From: an uncultured bacterium | GTDB lineage: Bacteria > Patescibacteriota > Minisyncoccia > Phycocordibacterales > Phycocordibacteraceae | NCBI GenBank assembly: GCA_937879955.1 | Contig: CALFMK010000001.1 | Location: 267,766 to 331,765 of the forward strand | Direction of reading: 5' to 3' | DNA length: 64,000 nt | Shown here: positions 36,947 through 47,284 of the stretch, in pieces | How positions within the stretch are numbered: position 1 is the first letter of the stretch | Layout of the letters: each line of letters opens with the position of its first letter | Made by a program: the position numbers and the translations under genes | Notes under the pieces: generated by a model | What the model was told of the DNA's origin: nothing | Databases searched by the model: none | The model's input: the letters and a program-made list of their open reading frames with translations, nothing else

Positions 36947-37813
36947 TTAGCGCTTAGCGACGTCGAACGTGAACCGGTAGTCGGCAGGGTCCGTAGTCTT
37001 CGTCGAGATTTTCTCAGGGGCGACGGCAGAGAACGTTACCGTCTCCGCTTCGGTCGTGACGGGCGTACCGAGCGAGATCGTCATGTCGCTCTCGCCCATG
37101 GCGCTCTTCACGCGCACGACGACGCGGACGGTCCCCGCCTGGATGCACTGCACGTCCGTAGGGCACCTGCTGTCCTCTTCGAGGGACAGCGGCGTGAGTT
37201 CGAGACCGGCAACCGATGCGGTCTCCTTGAGCGCGAGCGTGACGGTCGTCGTTGCGGCCGCAGGGACGGCCTCTTCCGCGCGCGGGTTCTGCTGGTACGC
37301 GGTTATGACGAATCCGCCCGCGACGTCCGCGACCGTAAGCGAGACCGGGATGATGCCCGCGTCGCCCGTGCTCGTCATGAGCATGATGCGGCCGAGTACG
37401 GCGTACGTGCCGTCCTCGTTCATGGTCACGGTGTCCGTCTCGATATGGTCAGGCCACGGGCTCGAGGTCACGCGTCCGGGCGCGGTCATAGGATCTGCGA
37501 TCCAGGCGGCGAGGAGCTCGGGCGTCACATAGGACGCGTAGGCCTTCCGGATATCTTCAGGCGCGGTCGGCGAGAGTACGGAGACGGTGTTCAGCTGGTT
37601 CCCGAACTGGGCGACCGTCGTGCGCACGTCGCCCTCATGCTTGCCGTCGATGACGCCGTCCGGATGCGACCCAATATAGGAGTAGATGAGGCCGCCGAAG
37701 ACGAGGAGCGCGCCCACGATCCAGAGATACATGAACGAGTGATGGGAGGAGACGTGATCGTGGATAGCCATCCCGTAAGGATACCATCCCTCTCTGGGAG
37801 CGGTTTGACGCAA
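36947..37813 (-). CDS. membrane-anchored hypothetical protein
   Basis: 288-aa ORF with one N-terminal TM (start may be at MAIHDH.. or later). Confidence 0.45.
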   Translation of the reverse strand: MRQTAPREGWYPYGMAIHDHVSSHHSFMYLWIVGALLVFGGLIYSYIGSHPDGVIDGKHEGDVRTTVAQFGNQLNTVSVLSPTAPEDIRKAYASYVTPELLAAWIADPMTAPGRVTSSPWPDHIETDTVTMNEDGTYAVLGRIMLMTSTGDAGIIPVSLTVADVAGGFVITAYQQNPRAEEAVPAAATTTVTLALKETASVAGLELTPLSLEEDSRCPTDVQCIQAGTVRVVVRVKSAMGESDMTISLGTPVTTEAETVTFSAVAPEKISTKTTDPADYRFTFDVAKR

Positions 37814-37853
37814 CAGGATACTCGGGGTACTATGTACTACAAGTAATAATTAT

Positions 37854-38087
37854 ATGAAATGCATGAACCGCCATCATATCTATGGCACCGCGACCGTGAA
37901 CGACAAGGGTCAGATCGTGATTCCTGCGGAAGCCCGCAAGGACATGGGCATCGAGCCTGACGCCAAGCTCGTCATCATCGGCGGCGGCCCGAAGAATATG
38001 CTTCACATTATCAGCGCCGAAGAGTTCGAGAAGAAGATGCAGGGCGTCATGGGCTGGTTCTTCAAGGGCGAGGTCGGCAGCTCGTAG
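37854..38087 (+). CDS. AbrB/MazE/SpoVT-family DNA-binding protein
   Basis: 77 aa; swapped-hairpin motif ATVNDKGQIVIPAEARKDMGI..DKLVII. Confidence 0.6.
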   Translation: MKCMNRHHIYGTATVNDKGQIVIPAEARKDMGIEPDAKLVIIGGGPKNMLHIISAEEFEKKMQGVMGWFFKGEVGSS

Positions 38088-38123
38088 TTCTCCGTCACTT
38101 TTATCTACACTCAGTCGTATTCC

Positions 38124-39671
38124 ATGAAATCATTCCTCACCAAGCTCCGTTCGTTCGCGAAGACCGCGCAGAAGCGCGCCGTCGCTACCTGGAAGCGCTA
38201 CCGCACGCTTCCCCTCTGGCAGCAGATCGTCATCGCCGTGATCGTCGCGGTGCTCCTCATCGCGGGCATCACGCTCCTCTCCGGCAAGAAGGCCGAGGAC
38301 AAGGCCGCTGAGGGACGCTTCGTCACCCTCGCGACCGTCGGCGAGCTCTCCGGCAGCGGAGGCAGCGTCGACCTCATCGGTACGGTCCGCTCCGTCACCG
38401 AGGCGAACATCCTCGCGAAGAACGGAGGCACCGTCACGAGCGTGAACACGCGCGTCGGCGGCACGGTCGCGGCCGGCACCGTCATCGCGAGCCTCGAGAA
38501 CGCCGCCGAGCGCGCAGCCGTCCTCCAGGCGGAGGGCGCGTACGATGCCGCGGTGGCCGCACGCTCCGGACAGTCGGTCAGCGACACCGAGGAGACCGCG
38601 CGCGACGCGTACCGCAGCGCGTTCACCTCGCTCGACACGATCCTCGAGAACGACGTCGATACCTTCTTCGGCAGCCCGACCCCCGTCGGTCCTGATCTCC
38701 TCCTCTATCCGAGCGCGGACACGGCTGCCCGCCTCTCGCGCGAGCGCTCGCGCATCGACGGCCTCATGACCGCGTACGAGTCGAGCCTCGCCACCGCGAA
38801 CGCCCGCACCCCGCAGGCGCTCCTCGACGAGGCCGAGTCCACGACGCGCCAGGTCCAGACCTTCGTGAACCAGCTCGCTGACGCGGCGAACCAGCGCGAA
38901 TCTCGCGTGACGCCGGCACAGACCGCAGCCCTCGCTTCCGCGCGCTCGGGCGTGAACGGCGTGCTCGCGAGCCTCACGAGCGCCCGCTCGGGACTCCGTT
39001 CCGGCACGGTCTCCGCGACCGCGAGCGCTGACGCCTCCGTGAAGCAGGCACTCGGCTCTCTTCGCGCCGCGCAGGCACGGCTCGAGAGCACCGTGGTCCG
39101 CGCGCCGATCGGCGGCACCGTGAACTTCCTCCCCATCCGCGTAGGCGACTACGTCACACCGATGCAGCACGTCGCCACGGTCGCGCAGAACGGCGCCCTT
39201 GAGATCGTCGCGTACGTCTCCGAGAACAACCGCGATCTCCTGGTCGCCGGCGGACGCGTCGTCGTCGACGGCGAGTACGAGGGCGTCGTCACGTCGGTGG
39301 CTCCTGCGCTCGACCCGACCACCAAGCAGATCGAGGTGCGCGTCGCCGTGACCGGCGCGAGCGAGCTCGTGAACGGCCAGTCCGTACACATCGCCCTCCC
39401 TGACCTCGCTCCGGAAAAGGCTACGGAGGTCGCCGAGCAGGGTCCGGTGCTCCTCCCGCTGGCTAGCGTGAAGCTGCGAGCCGGAGACCGCATCGTCTTC
39501 TCGCTCGACGAGGACAGCCGCCTCGTAGCGCACACCGTCACCGTTGGCGAGGTCCGCGGCGACCGCATCGAGATCACGTCTGAGATCCCGGCCGACCTCC
39601 GCATCGTCGCGGACGCCCGCGGCCTTGCCGAGGGCGAGAAGGTCCAGGTCGCGTCCGAGACCGGCATCTAG
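38124..39671 (+). CDS. efflux RND transporter periplasmic adaptor subunit (HlyD/MFP family)
   Basis: N-terminal TM, coiled-coil and beta-barrel/MP domains (RAPIGGTVNFLPIRVGDYVT). Confidence 0.8.
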   Translation: MKSFLTKLRSFAKTAQKRAVATWKRYRTLPLWQQIVIAVIVAVLLIAGITLLSGKKAEDKAAEGRFVTLATVGELSGSGGSVDLIGTVRSVTEANILAKNGGTVTSVNTRVGGTVAAGTVIASLENAAERAAVLQAEGAYDAAVAARSGQSVSDTEETARDAYRSAFTSLDTILENDVDTFFGSPTPVGPDLLLYPSADTAARLSRERSRIDGLMTAYESSLATANARTPQALLDEAESTTRQVQTFVNQLADAANQRESRVTPAQTAALASARSGVNGVLASLTSARSGLRSGTVSATASADASVKQALGSLRAAQARLESTVVRAPIGGTVNFLPIRVGDYVTPMQHVATVAQNGALEIVAYVSENNRDLLVAGGRVVVDGEYEGVVTSVAPALDPTTKQIEVRVAVTGASELVNGQSVHIALPDLAPEKATEVAEQGPVLLPLASVKLRAGDRIVFSLDEDSRLVAHTVTVGEVRGDRIEITSEIPADLRIVADARGLAEGEKVQVASETGI

Positions 39672-39695
39672 TACCAGGATCATCTACCTATACCC

Positions 39696-42600
39696 ATGAC
39701 ACGATTCTGGAAATTCTTCATCGAGAAGCACCACTTCACGGTGCTCCTCGCCGTTGTGCTCATGCTCGCCGGCGTCGCGGCCGTGCTCGCCATCCCGAAG
39801 GAGTCCTCCCCCGAGGTGCAGATCCCTATCGGCTTCGTGACTACCGTGCTCCCGGGCGCGTCCGCTGAGGACGTCGAGCAGCTCATCACCGACAAGGTCG
39901 AGGACCGCGTCATCGGCATCGAGAACGTCTCGAAGGTCACCTCGACCTCCGGCGACGGCGTCTCCATGGTGGCCGTCGAGTTCAACGCGAGCGCCGATAT
40001 CGACAAGTCCATCCAGCTCCTCAAGGACGAGGTGGACAAGGTCCGTCCCGAGCTTCCCGAGGAAGCGGAGGATCCGACCGTGACGGAGCAGAACTCCGCG
40101 GACCAGCCTATCCTGATCATCTCGATCGCAGGCGAGCTCGCGCCGGCCGAACTCACGAAGCTCGGCGACACGGTCGCCGACGAGCTCGAGCGCGTCCCGG
40201 GCGTCTCTTCGGTCGAGCTCTCGGGCGTCCGCGAGCGCCAGGTGCAGGTGATTGTCGAGCAGGCGAAGCTCCGCCAGTACGGCCTCACCATCAGCGACGT
40301 CACGAACGCCATCCGCGCGTCCGGCGTCGCGTCCCCGGCAGGCTCCATCACGGTCGACGACGTCCGCTACGCGGTGCGCCTTGAGGCCGGCCTCACGGAT
40401 ACCGACCAGGTCGGCGCGATCGCGCTTGCCGGTCCCGGAGGTTCCTCCATACGCGTCCGCGACGTGGCGGACGTGATCGACGGCCTTGCTGACGCGGCGA
40501 CGTACTCCCGCGTGTCCGTCGAGGGCGCGCCGTCGGCTCCGTCGCTCACCCTCTCCATCAAGAAGAGCCGGGGCGGCAACATCCTCGAGACGGGCGATGG
40601 CGTGAAGGAGAAGCTCAAGGAGCTCGAGCAGGGCCCGCTCTCCGGCACCGATACCGTCATCTCGTACGACGCGGCGGACGACATCGCGCACGATCTCAAG
40701 GAGCTCTCGCGCGTGGGCCTCGAGACCGTGACGCTCGTGATCCTCATGCTCTTCCTCACGCTCGGCTGGAGGGAGTCCCTGGTCGCGGCCGCATCGATCC
40801 CGCTCTCGTTCCTCATCGCCTTCATCGGGCTCGCGGCCTCTGGCAACACGATCAACTTCATCTCCCTCTTCTCGCTCATCCTCGCGATCGGCATCCTCGT
40901 GGACTCCGGCATCGTGGTGGTCGAGGCGATCCATACCCGTCTCGCGTCCCTGAGGAACAAGAAGGCCGCGGCCGTCGCCGCCATCAAGGAGTACGCATGG
41001 CCGCTCATCGCCGGCACCTCGACGACCATCGCCGTGTTCGTGCCGCTCTTCTTCCTCTCGGGCATCCTCGGCAAGTACGTGGCATCCATCCCGTTCACGG
41101 TCATCTTCGTGCTCATCGCGTCCATCTTCGTCGCGCTCGGCCTCGTGCCGCTGCTCGCGATGTACGTCGTGCGCGCCGAGTCCTCGAAGCTCGAGGAGCG
41201 CCAGGAGGAGATCAACGAGAAGGCCAAGGCATGGTACGAGCACTTCCTCCGCGGCATCCTCGCGGACAAGAAGCGCCAGAACCGGTTCATCGGCCTCATG
41301 ATCGGCCTGTTCGTGGTCTCCTTGCTGCTTCCCGTGTTCGGCCTCGTGAAGGTGGTGTTCTTCCCTGCCGAGGACTCCGACCTCGTCTACATCGAGATCG
41401 AGAAGCCGCAGGGCACCGCGCTCACCGACACTGACCTCGCGGCGCGCGAGGTCGAGGAGATCCTGTATGGCGATCCGCGCATCGAGTCCTTCGTGACCGG
41501 CGTGGGCGCAGGCTCGAGCTTCAGCGGCAGCGGCGCGTCCGGCAGCAAGCTCGCGAACGTCACCGTGAACCTCAAGGAGGACCGGAAGCAGACGAGCCAG
41601 GAGATCGTGAGCGACCTCCGCAAGGAGCTCGCCGGCATCACCAGCGCGCGCATCGTCGTGTCGGAGCCGGCCGGCGGCCCGCCGACGGGAGCCGCGGTCT
41701 CCGTCACCTTCTCGGGCGACGATCTCGCCGCGCTCGGCACCGCGAGCGACGCCGCTGCGCGCGTCCTCTCTGAGGTACCGGGAACGACCAACGTACAGAC
41801 GTCCATGAAGGACGACGGCGCGGAGTTCGTGGTGCGCCTCGACTCTGCGAAGGCTGCTGAGCTCGGCGTCTCCCCGCTCGCGGTCGCCGACACGCTCCGC
41901 AGCGCGCTCTACGGCTCGAAGGCAACCGACATACGCACCGGAGACGACGACATCGAGGTGCGCACCAAGCTCGACCTCAATCCCGACTACCGCGACCCGT
42001 CGGAGACCGCGAACGCGACCATCGACGCGGTCCGCAGCCTCACCGTCCAGGGCACGAGCGGTCCCGTGCCGCTCACGTCGGTAGCCGCCATCGAGTACGA
42101 GCAGGCGAACGCCGTGATCCGTCACGAGGACGGGACCCGCATCGCGACGCTCACCTCCGACGCGCTCGCAGGCGCGAACCCGATCGAGATGGCTTCGGCC
42201 TTCGAGAAGCAGATGGAGAGCGTCGCGCTCCCTGAGGGCGTCACGATGAAGATCGGCGGCGAGAGCGAGGACGTGAACAAGTCGTTCGGCGAGATGGGCC
42301 TCGCGCTCCTCGCAGGCCTCGCGCTCATGCTCGCCATCCTCGTGCTCGAGTTCAACTCGTTCCGCCAGTCGCTCTACCTGCTCTCGATCATCCCGCTCTC
42401 GCTCGTCGGCGTGTTCTTCGGGCTCATGGTGACCGGCTCGCCGCTCTCCTTCCCGTCGATGCTCGGCGTCATCGCGCTCGCGGGCGTGATCATCAACCAC
42501 GCGATCATCCTCATGGACTCGATCGCGCGCATCAGCGAGGAGGATCACTCGAAGAGCCTCACCGACGTGGTCATCGAGGCGGCATCGACCCGCTTCCGCC

Positions 42601-42803
42601 CGATCATCCTCACGACGGTGGTGACCGTGGTCGGCATGATCCCGCTCTCGTTCGCGTCCGCCATCTGGGGACCCCTCGCGTTCGCGATCATGTTCGGCCT
42701 CTCGTTCTCCCTCCTCCTCACGCTCGTCTTCGTCCCGATCATCTATCACCGATGGCCAGGCAAGGACGTGCTGAAGCGGTACGAGCACGCGAAGCCGGAA
42801 TAG
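39696..42803 (+). CDS. efflux RND transporter permease (AcrB/HAE1-like)
   Basis: 1035 aa, 12 TM, two large periplasmic loops, ACR_tran signatures. Confidence 0.92.
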   Translation: MTRFWKFFIEKHHFTVLLAVVLMLAGVAAVLAIPKESSPEVQIPIGFVTTVLPGASAEDVEQLITDKVEDRVIGIENVSKVTSTSGDGVSMVAVEFNASADIDKSIQLLKDEVDKVRPELPEEAEDPTVTEQNSADQPILIISIAGELAPAELTKLGDTVADELERVPGVSSVELSGVRERQVQVIVEQAKLRQYGLTISDVTNAIRASGVASPAGSITVDDVRYAVRLEAGLTDTDQVGAIALAGPGGSSIRVRDVADVIDGLADAATYSRVSVEGAPSAPSLTLSIKKSRGGNILETGDGVKEKLKELEQGPLSGTDTVISYDAADDIAHDLKELSRVGLETVTLVILMLFLTLGWRESLVAAASIPLSFLIAFIGLAASGNTINFISLFSLILAIGILVDSGIVVVEAIHTRLASLRNKKAAAVAAIKEYAWPLIAGTSTTIAVFVPLFFLSGILGKYVASIPFTVIFVLIASIFVALGLVPLLAMYVVRAESSKLEERQEEINEKAKAWYEHFLRGILADKKRQNRFIGLMIGLFVVSLLLPVFGLVKVVFFPAEDSDLVYIEIEKPQGTALTDTDLAAREVEEILYGDPRIESFVTGVGAGSSFSGSGASGSKLANVTVNLKEDRKQTSQEIVSDLRKELAGITSARIVVSEPAGGPPTGAAVSVTFSGDDLAALGTASDAAARVLSEVPGTTNVQTSMKDDGAEFVVRLDSAKAAELGVSPLAVADTLRSALYGSKATDIRTGDDDIEVRTKLDLNPDYRDPSETANATIDAVRSLTVQGTSGPVPLTSVAAIEYEQANAVIRHEDGTRIATLTSDALAGANPIEMASAFEKQMESVALPEGVTMKIGGESEDVNKSFGEMGLALLAGLALMLAILVLEFNSFRQSLYLLSIIPLSLVGVFFGLMVTGSPLSFPSMLGVIALAGVIINHAIILMDSIARISEEDHSKSLTDVVIEAASTRFRPIILTTVVTVVGMIPLSFASAIWGPLAFAIMFGLSFSLLLTLVFVPIIYHRWPGKDVLKRYEHAKPE

Positions 42804-42859
42804 GCAGCTACGGAAAAGACCGGCCCGCGCATGCGGGCCGGTCTTTTCATATCGTCTCG

Positions 42860-43576
42860 CTAGCTACGAGCCTCTGCGCTCGCGCCCGCATAGAGCGAGG
42901 AGCGCAGGCGCTCGAGCATGAGCGCCCACTGACGGGCCTCGACGGAGGCCTCGCCTCCTCCGGCTACTGCGGTCTCCGCGAGCTCGTCCCTGATGGCAGA
43001 CTGCTCCTTCTCGATGCGTGCCTCGAGCTCGGCGCGGCTCTCGTAGGTCGGCATGAGGAACGCGTACCACGGGTAGCGCACGGTCGCGTTCCCTTCGGCG
43101 TCCACCGTCGCCGTCACCATGATGCTCGCCGGTATGAAGCCGAGGAACTTCGCGTCCGTCTTATAGCGCACGGTCAGCTCATTATTCTCGAGCGCCGCCG
43201 ATTCGAGGCGCTCGTCGTCCTTCACGCTCGAGCCCGCGTACGCCTCGAGGGCGGCCGCGGTATGCACGTCTGCCGCGTCGTTCACCGAGTACTCGGCGCT
43301 CTCGACCTGCTTCCGGTCGAGGTCGAATCCGAGCGTCGCGCTCGCTGCCGCAGAACCGGACGTCGTCGCGGCAGTGGTGTGCCCGATGTCCGCACCCATT
43401 CCAGCATCGACGGTCGTCGTTGCGCCGAGTATCGGCATACCGCTCGATGCCGAGCCCGTCCCGGAATCGAGCCTTACGCCGGCAGAAGCGTCGAGAAGCT
43501 GTGCCTGCGCACCGTTCGCCACAAAGAGCCCCAAGGAGAGGGCGAGCGCCAGGGCACTCTTGTTCATGATGTTCAT
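42860..43576 (-). CDS. secreted hypothetical protein
   Basis: start at MNIMNKSALALALSLGLFVANGAQA (signal peptide). Confidence 0.5.
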   Translation of the reverse strand: MNIMNKSALALALSLGLFVANGAQAQLLDASAGVRLDSGTGSASSGMPILGATTTVDAGMGADIGHTTAATTSGSAAASATLGFDLDRKQVESAEYSVNDAADVHTAAALEAYAGSSVKDDERLESAALENNELTVRYKTDAKFLGFIPASIMVTATVDAEGNATVRYPWYAFLMPTYESRAELEARIEKEQSAIRDELAETAVAGGGEASVEARQWALMLERLRSSLYAGASAEARS

Positions 43577-43660
43577 TCTGGAGTAGCTAAGGAAATAACC
43601 GGCAGATGCCGTACAGGAAGAGCGTGTCACGAGACGCATTAAGACCTCATGAAGACGGTA

Positions 43661-44665
43661 CTATCCCGGGAACGTGACCGTGAAGACCGTCCCCGAGCCA
43701 GGTTCTGACTTCACCGTAAGGCTCGCGCTATGGAGCTCGGCCACCTGCCGGGCGATGCTCAGGCCGAGACCGAATCCGTTGCCCTCGGGATGGTCGCCGC
43801 GGAAGAACGGCTCGAACACGTACGGCAGGTCCTTCGCGGGTATGCCCGGGCCGGTGTCCGCGACGCTGAGGACCGTAGCCGCCCCTTCGCACGCGACGCT
43901 CACCGTGACAGCCTCTCCGGGCGCCGTGTACTGGACCGCATTCTTTACCAGGTTCATGACGAGACCCTCGAGCGCGATTGCGTTCCCTTTCACCGTGCCC
44001 GTTCCGTCGAAACGCGTCACGAACGAGACCTCCCGCTCGCGCGCGTCCCCGTCCATGACCGAGAGCACGCGCTCTACAGCTTGGACGAGCGAGACGTCCG
44101 CGACGTCCGGGATCTCCTTGCGGGACCTGAGCAGCGAGAACGTGAGCAGGAACTGGATGGTCGCCGTGAGCCGATCGGTCTCCTCGAGATTGCTGCGGAT
44201 GATAGCGACGGCCCTCTCCTGCGTGAGGAGCTCCGGATTGCGGAGCGCGACCTCCGACATGTTCTTCATGACCGCGAGCGGCGTGCGCAGCTCGTGCGAA
44301 ACGATGCCGATGAAATGCTTCTGCAGCTCCGAGGCGCGGCGCACCGGACGGAGCGCGAACTCCGTGAGGTAGTAGGTCGCGATGACGAACACGACCACGG
44401 TCACCAGGCGGCGCTGCTTCACGTCCTCCTGGTACTCGAGGTACGCCTCCTCGACCGGCTCGCCCGTCTCGTACCGCGTCACATCGATGATCGACTGCAC
44501 CCCGATCGAGCCGAGCACCCATCCGAAGAGCATGAAGATGACCGCGCCCACGAGGAGGTACAGCCCCATGAGCTGGAAGCGGACGGTACGGAACGGGTCG
44601 CTGAGGACCCGTCCCTTAAATGCGGTAACCGCGTCCGCGAACCGTTCGAATGACCGGGTGGGCAT
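43661..44665 (-). CDS. sensor histidine kinase (HisKA + HATPase_c)
   Basis: two TM helices, H-box IVSHELRTPL, N/G1/G2 boxes; annotated start overlaps response-regulator gene by 50 nt (alternative ATG at 44569). Confidence 0.8.
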   Translation of the reverse strand: MPTRSFERFADAVTAFKGRVLSDPFRTVRFQLMGLYLLVGAVIFMLFGWVLGSIGVQSIIDVTRYETGEPVEEAYLEYQEDVKQRRLVTVVVFVIATYYLTEFALRPVRRASELQKHFIGIVSHELRTPLAVMKNMSEVALRNPELLTQERAVAIIRSNLEETDRLTATIQFLLTFSLLRSRKEIPDVADVSLVQAVERVLSVMDGDAREREVSFVTRFDGTGTVKGNAIALEGLVMNLVKNAVQYTAPGEAVTVSVACEGAATVLSVADTGPGIPAKDLPYVFEPFFRGDHPEGNGFGLGLSIARQVAELHSASLTVKSEPGSGTVFTVTFPG

Positions 44666-45287
44666 GATAGAGGCTTAGCTTCTTCCTGAGGTTGCTGATA
44701 TGGACGTCGACGATGTTCGAGTACGACGTATCCTTTATACCCCAGAGGTGCGAGGACAGCGCGTCGCGCGAGAGCGGCTGGCCCGCGTTCTCCATGAGGA
44801 GCGCGAGGAGCTCGAACTCGGTCGGGGTGAGCGACAGCACCTCCTTCCCGCAGGTCGCCTGCCGCGTCTTGCGGTCTACCGACAGGCCGTCGAGGACGAT
44901 CGGCGTGCCGGCGCTGCGGGTCTGCGTACGCCGTGCCACCGCCCGCAGGCGGGCCATGAGCTCCTCGAACTCGAACGGCTTCGTGAGGAAGTCGTCCGCG
45001 CCGCTGTCGAGCGCCTTCACCTTGTCCTCGAGCGTGTCCCGCGCCGTGAGGATGATGATCGGGAGAGCGACACCCTGCGCGCGCAGCGACTCGCACACCT
45101 CGAACCCGTTCTTCCGCGGAAGCATGAGGTCGAGGATCATGGCCGAGAATGCCGCCGAGTCCTCGAGCACGCCCTCCTCGGCCAGGAGGCCGTTATGGAA
45201 GACCTCCACCTCGTATCCCTCGCCCTCGAGGCCTTCCTTCAGGGTCTGTGCGAGCTTCCGCTCATCCTCAACCAGTGCGATGCGCAT
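44616..45287 (-). CDS. OmpR-family response regulator
   Basis: receiver domain (D at ..ILDLMLP..) plus winged-helix Trans_reg_C. Confidence 0.9.
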   Translation of the reverse strand: MRIALVEDERKLAQTLKEGLEGEGYEVEVFHNGLLAEEGVLEDSAAFSAMILDLMLPRKNGFEVCESLRAQGVALPIIILTARDTLEDKVKALDSGADDFLTKPFEFEELMARLRAVARRTQTRSAGTPIVLDGLSVDRKTRQATCGKEVLSLTPTEFELLALLMENAGQPLSRDALSSHLWGIKDTSYSNIVDVHISNLRKKLSLYHAHPVIRTVRGRGYRI

Positions 45288-45334
45288 GATGCCCCCAGCA
45301 TAGCAACTGCAGGGCCCGTGGTATACCTAAGGGC

Positions 45335-46000
45335 ATGTTCAGCCAGCTCGAGGCACTGCTTATCTCGTACGCCGGGATCCTCCCCCTCCCCGTATTCGCG
45401 GCAGTAGCGTCCTTCGCCGAGGAGATCGTGGCGCCCATCCCGTCAGGGCCGGTGATGCTCGTCATGGGCTCCCTGGCCGCCGTGCAGGGATATGCCCTCC
45501 CCGCGCTCGCGGGACTCGCGGTCACGGCTGCCGCCGGCAAGCTCGCCGGCGCCCTCGTCGTCTACGTCGTCGCGGACAAGGCCGAGGACGTGATACTGAC
45601 CCGCTTCGCGAAGTTCTTCGGCATAACGCATGCGCAGATCGAGAGTTTCGGGAACCGGCTCGGGAACGGCTGGAAGGACTACGTGCTCCTCACGCTCCTG
45701 CGCGCGCTCCCCTTCGTGCCGAGCGCCGTCATCTCCGCAGGCAGCGGCCTCCTGAAGGTGCGCCTCAGGCTCTTCGTCGTGGCGACGTTCCTAGGGTCCA
45801 TACTCCGTGACTTCGCGTTCCTCTACGTCGGCTTCATCGGTCTCGAGAGCGCCACGATGCTCGTCTCGCAGTTCGATACCGCCGAGTCGCTGCTCCAGGC
45901 GGCCATAGTCGCGGGCGTCATCGTCGCAGGCGCAATCTATCTATACATGCACCAGAAGCACGTGCGCACGAAGAGAACGTCACGCCGTGAAGAGCCCTAG
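45335..46000 (+). CDS. DedA/SNARE-associated family membrane protein
   Basis: 221 aa, DedA-like TM pattern. Confidence 0.8.
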   Translation: MFSQLEALLISYAGILPLPVFAAVASFAEEIVAPIPSGPVMLVMGSLAAVQGYALPALAGLAVTAAAGKLAGALVVYVVADKAEDVILTRFAKFFGITHAQIESFGNRLGNGWKDYVLLTLLRALPFVPSAVISAGSGLLKVRLRLFVVATFLGSILRDFAFLYVGFIGLESATMLVSQFDTAESLLQAAIVAGVIVAGAIYLYMHQKHVRTKRTSRREEP

Positions 46001-46419
46001 ATAAGGAGCATCGCGCCTATCGCGATCATGAGCGCGCCGAGCGCGGCCTTCCAGGTGAACTGGGTGCCGAGGAAGAGCACCGAGAATATGAGCACGAAGA
46101 TGACGCTCGTGCGGTCGATGGCGGATACGCCAGGCGCAGGACCCATCTTGAGCGCGGCGAACATGGCGAGCCAGGACAAGGCTCCGGCGATGCCCGAGAG
46201 TGCGATGAACAGGAGCGCCTTACCGGGCGGCAGGTTCCCGAGATCGAACTTCCCGAGCCCGAGCGAGACCGCGACGAGGAACGCCGCCATGATAATCGCG
46301 CGCAGGGTTGTAGCGAACGTCGTATCGACGCCCTGGAGCCCGATCTTCGCGAGGATCGCGACGAGGGCGGCGAAGAATGCGCCCATGAGCGCGAAGAGCA
46401 TCCAGGTCATGTCCTCCAC
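45997..46419 (-). CDS. EamA-like (DMT superfamily) small transporter
   Basis: 140 aa, 4 TM helices. Confidence 0.55.
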   Translation of the reverse strand: MEDMTWMLFALMGAFFAALVAILAKIGLQGVDTTFATTLRAIIMAAFLVAVSLGLGKFDLGNLPPGKALLFIALSGIAGALSWLAMFAALKMGPAPGVSAIDRTSVIFVLIFSVLFLGTQFTWKAALGALMIAIGAMLLI

Positions 46420-46422
46420 TGC

Positions 46423-46761
46423 TTAGCCGATTAGCTCATTAACCGGCATAACCTCGATCCACGCGCCAGGAATCCCGAAGTGCGGATGATCCTTGAACAT
46501 CGCGACCGCCGCATCGAGCGAGCCTGCCTCGACGAACGAGTACATCATAATGTCGTTGCGCGCATCCTCTACTCCCTCTGCAGTGACACGCTTGGGCTTC
46601 CCGACACCCGCGGTCCCCGTGACCGTGTCCGCATGGGCCGCCATCCAGGCGTCCCAATCGGTTTTCATCGCGAGCTCCTGAGACTTCCGCTCTTCCTCAG
46701 GGAGCTGCATCCACTGATCAAGGCCCGTGTGAGGCATCTGATAGGTGACGAAGAATTTCAT
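46423..46761 (-). CDS. hypothetical protein
   Basis: 112-aa ORF, soluble, good codon usage. Confidence 0.45.
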   Translation of the reverse strand: MKFFVTYQMPHTGLDQWMQLPEEERKSQELAMKTDWDAWMAAHADTVTGTAGVGKPKRVTAEGVEDARNDIMMYSFVEAGSLDAAVAMFKDHPHFGIPGAWIEVMPVNELIG

Positions 46762-46818
46762 ATGCTTTGAGTATACAGGACCCGCATCAGACGCAACGGG
46801 CGGTGTCCGTAAACAGCC

Positions 46819-47265
46819 CTAGCAGGACAGCTCCTTCACCGCGATCGTGAGGATGTTCGTACCGGAGCACGTGCCCGTAGAGCTGTAGACGCAGAGGTTC
46901 CCTACCGATGCCGACGGGCTCACGGTCCGCAGGTCGATGTGCACGTTCGTGCCGCTCGAGAAATTGTTCCAGTCATACACGTTGTTCGAGCACGGAGGAG
47001 TCGGCCAGGAGGAGAGGTATGGCGAGAGGCCCGTCGGCATACCGCCGATACCCGCATCAGGCGGGTAGACGCCGTTGTCGGCGAAATAGGCTTCCGCGGC
47101 ATTCCGTATCTCGCGCATCTGCGCGATGGCCTGCGTATAGCGCGTCCGCGCGCGGGCCGTATTCAGGGACGCGAGGACGACCGAAGAAAGGATGCCGATG
47201 ATGGCGATCACCACAAGGAGCTCGATCAGCGTGAATCCTTTATGCATAGGTAGATGATACCGCAC
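46819..47265 (-). CDS. type IV pilin/pseudopilin-like protein (prepilin-type N-terminal cleavage/methylation domain)
   Basis: KGFTLIELLVVIAIIGILSSVVL motif after short leader. Confidence 0.8.
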   Translation of the reverse strand: MRYHLPMHKGFTLIELLVVIAIIGILSSVVLASLNTARARTRYTQAIAQMREIRNAAEAYFADNGVYPPDAGIGGMPTGLSPYLSSWPTPPCSNNVYDWNNFSSGTNVHIDLRTVSPSASVGNLCVYSSTGTCSGTNILTIAVKELSC

Positions 47266-47284
47266 CCTCGCGAGGGAACGGCGG

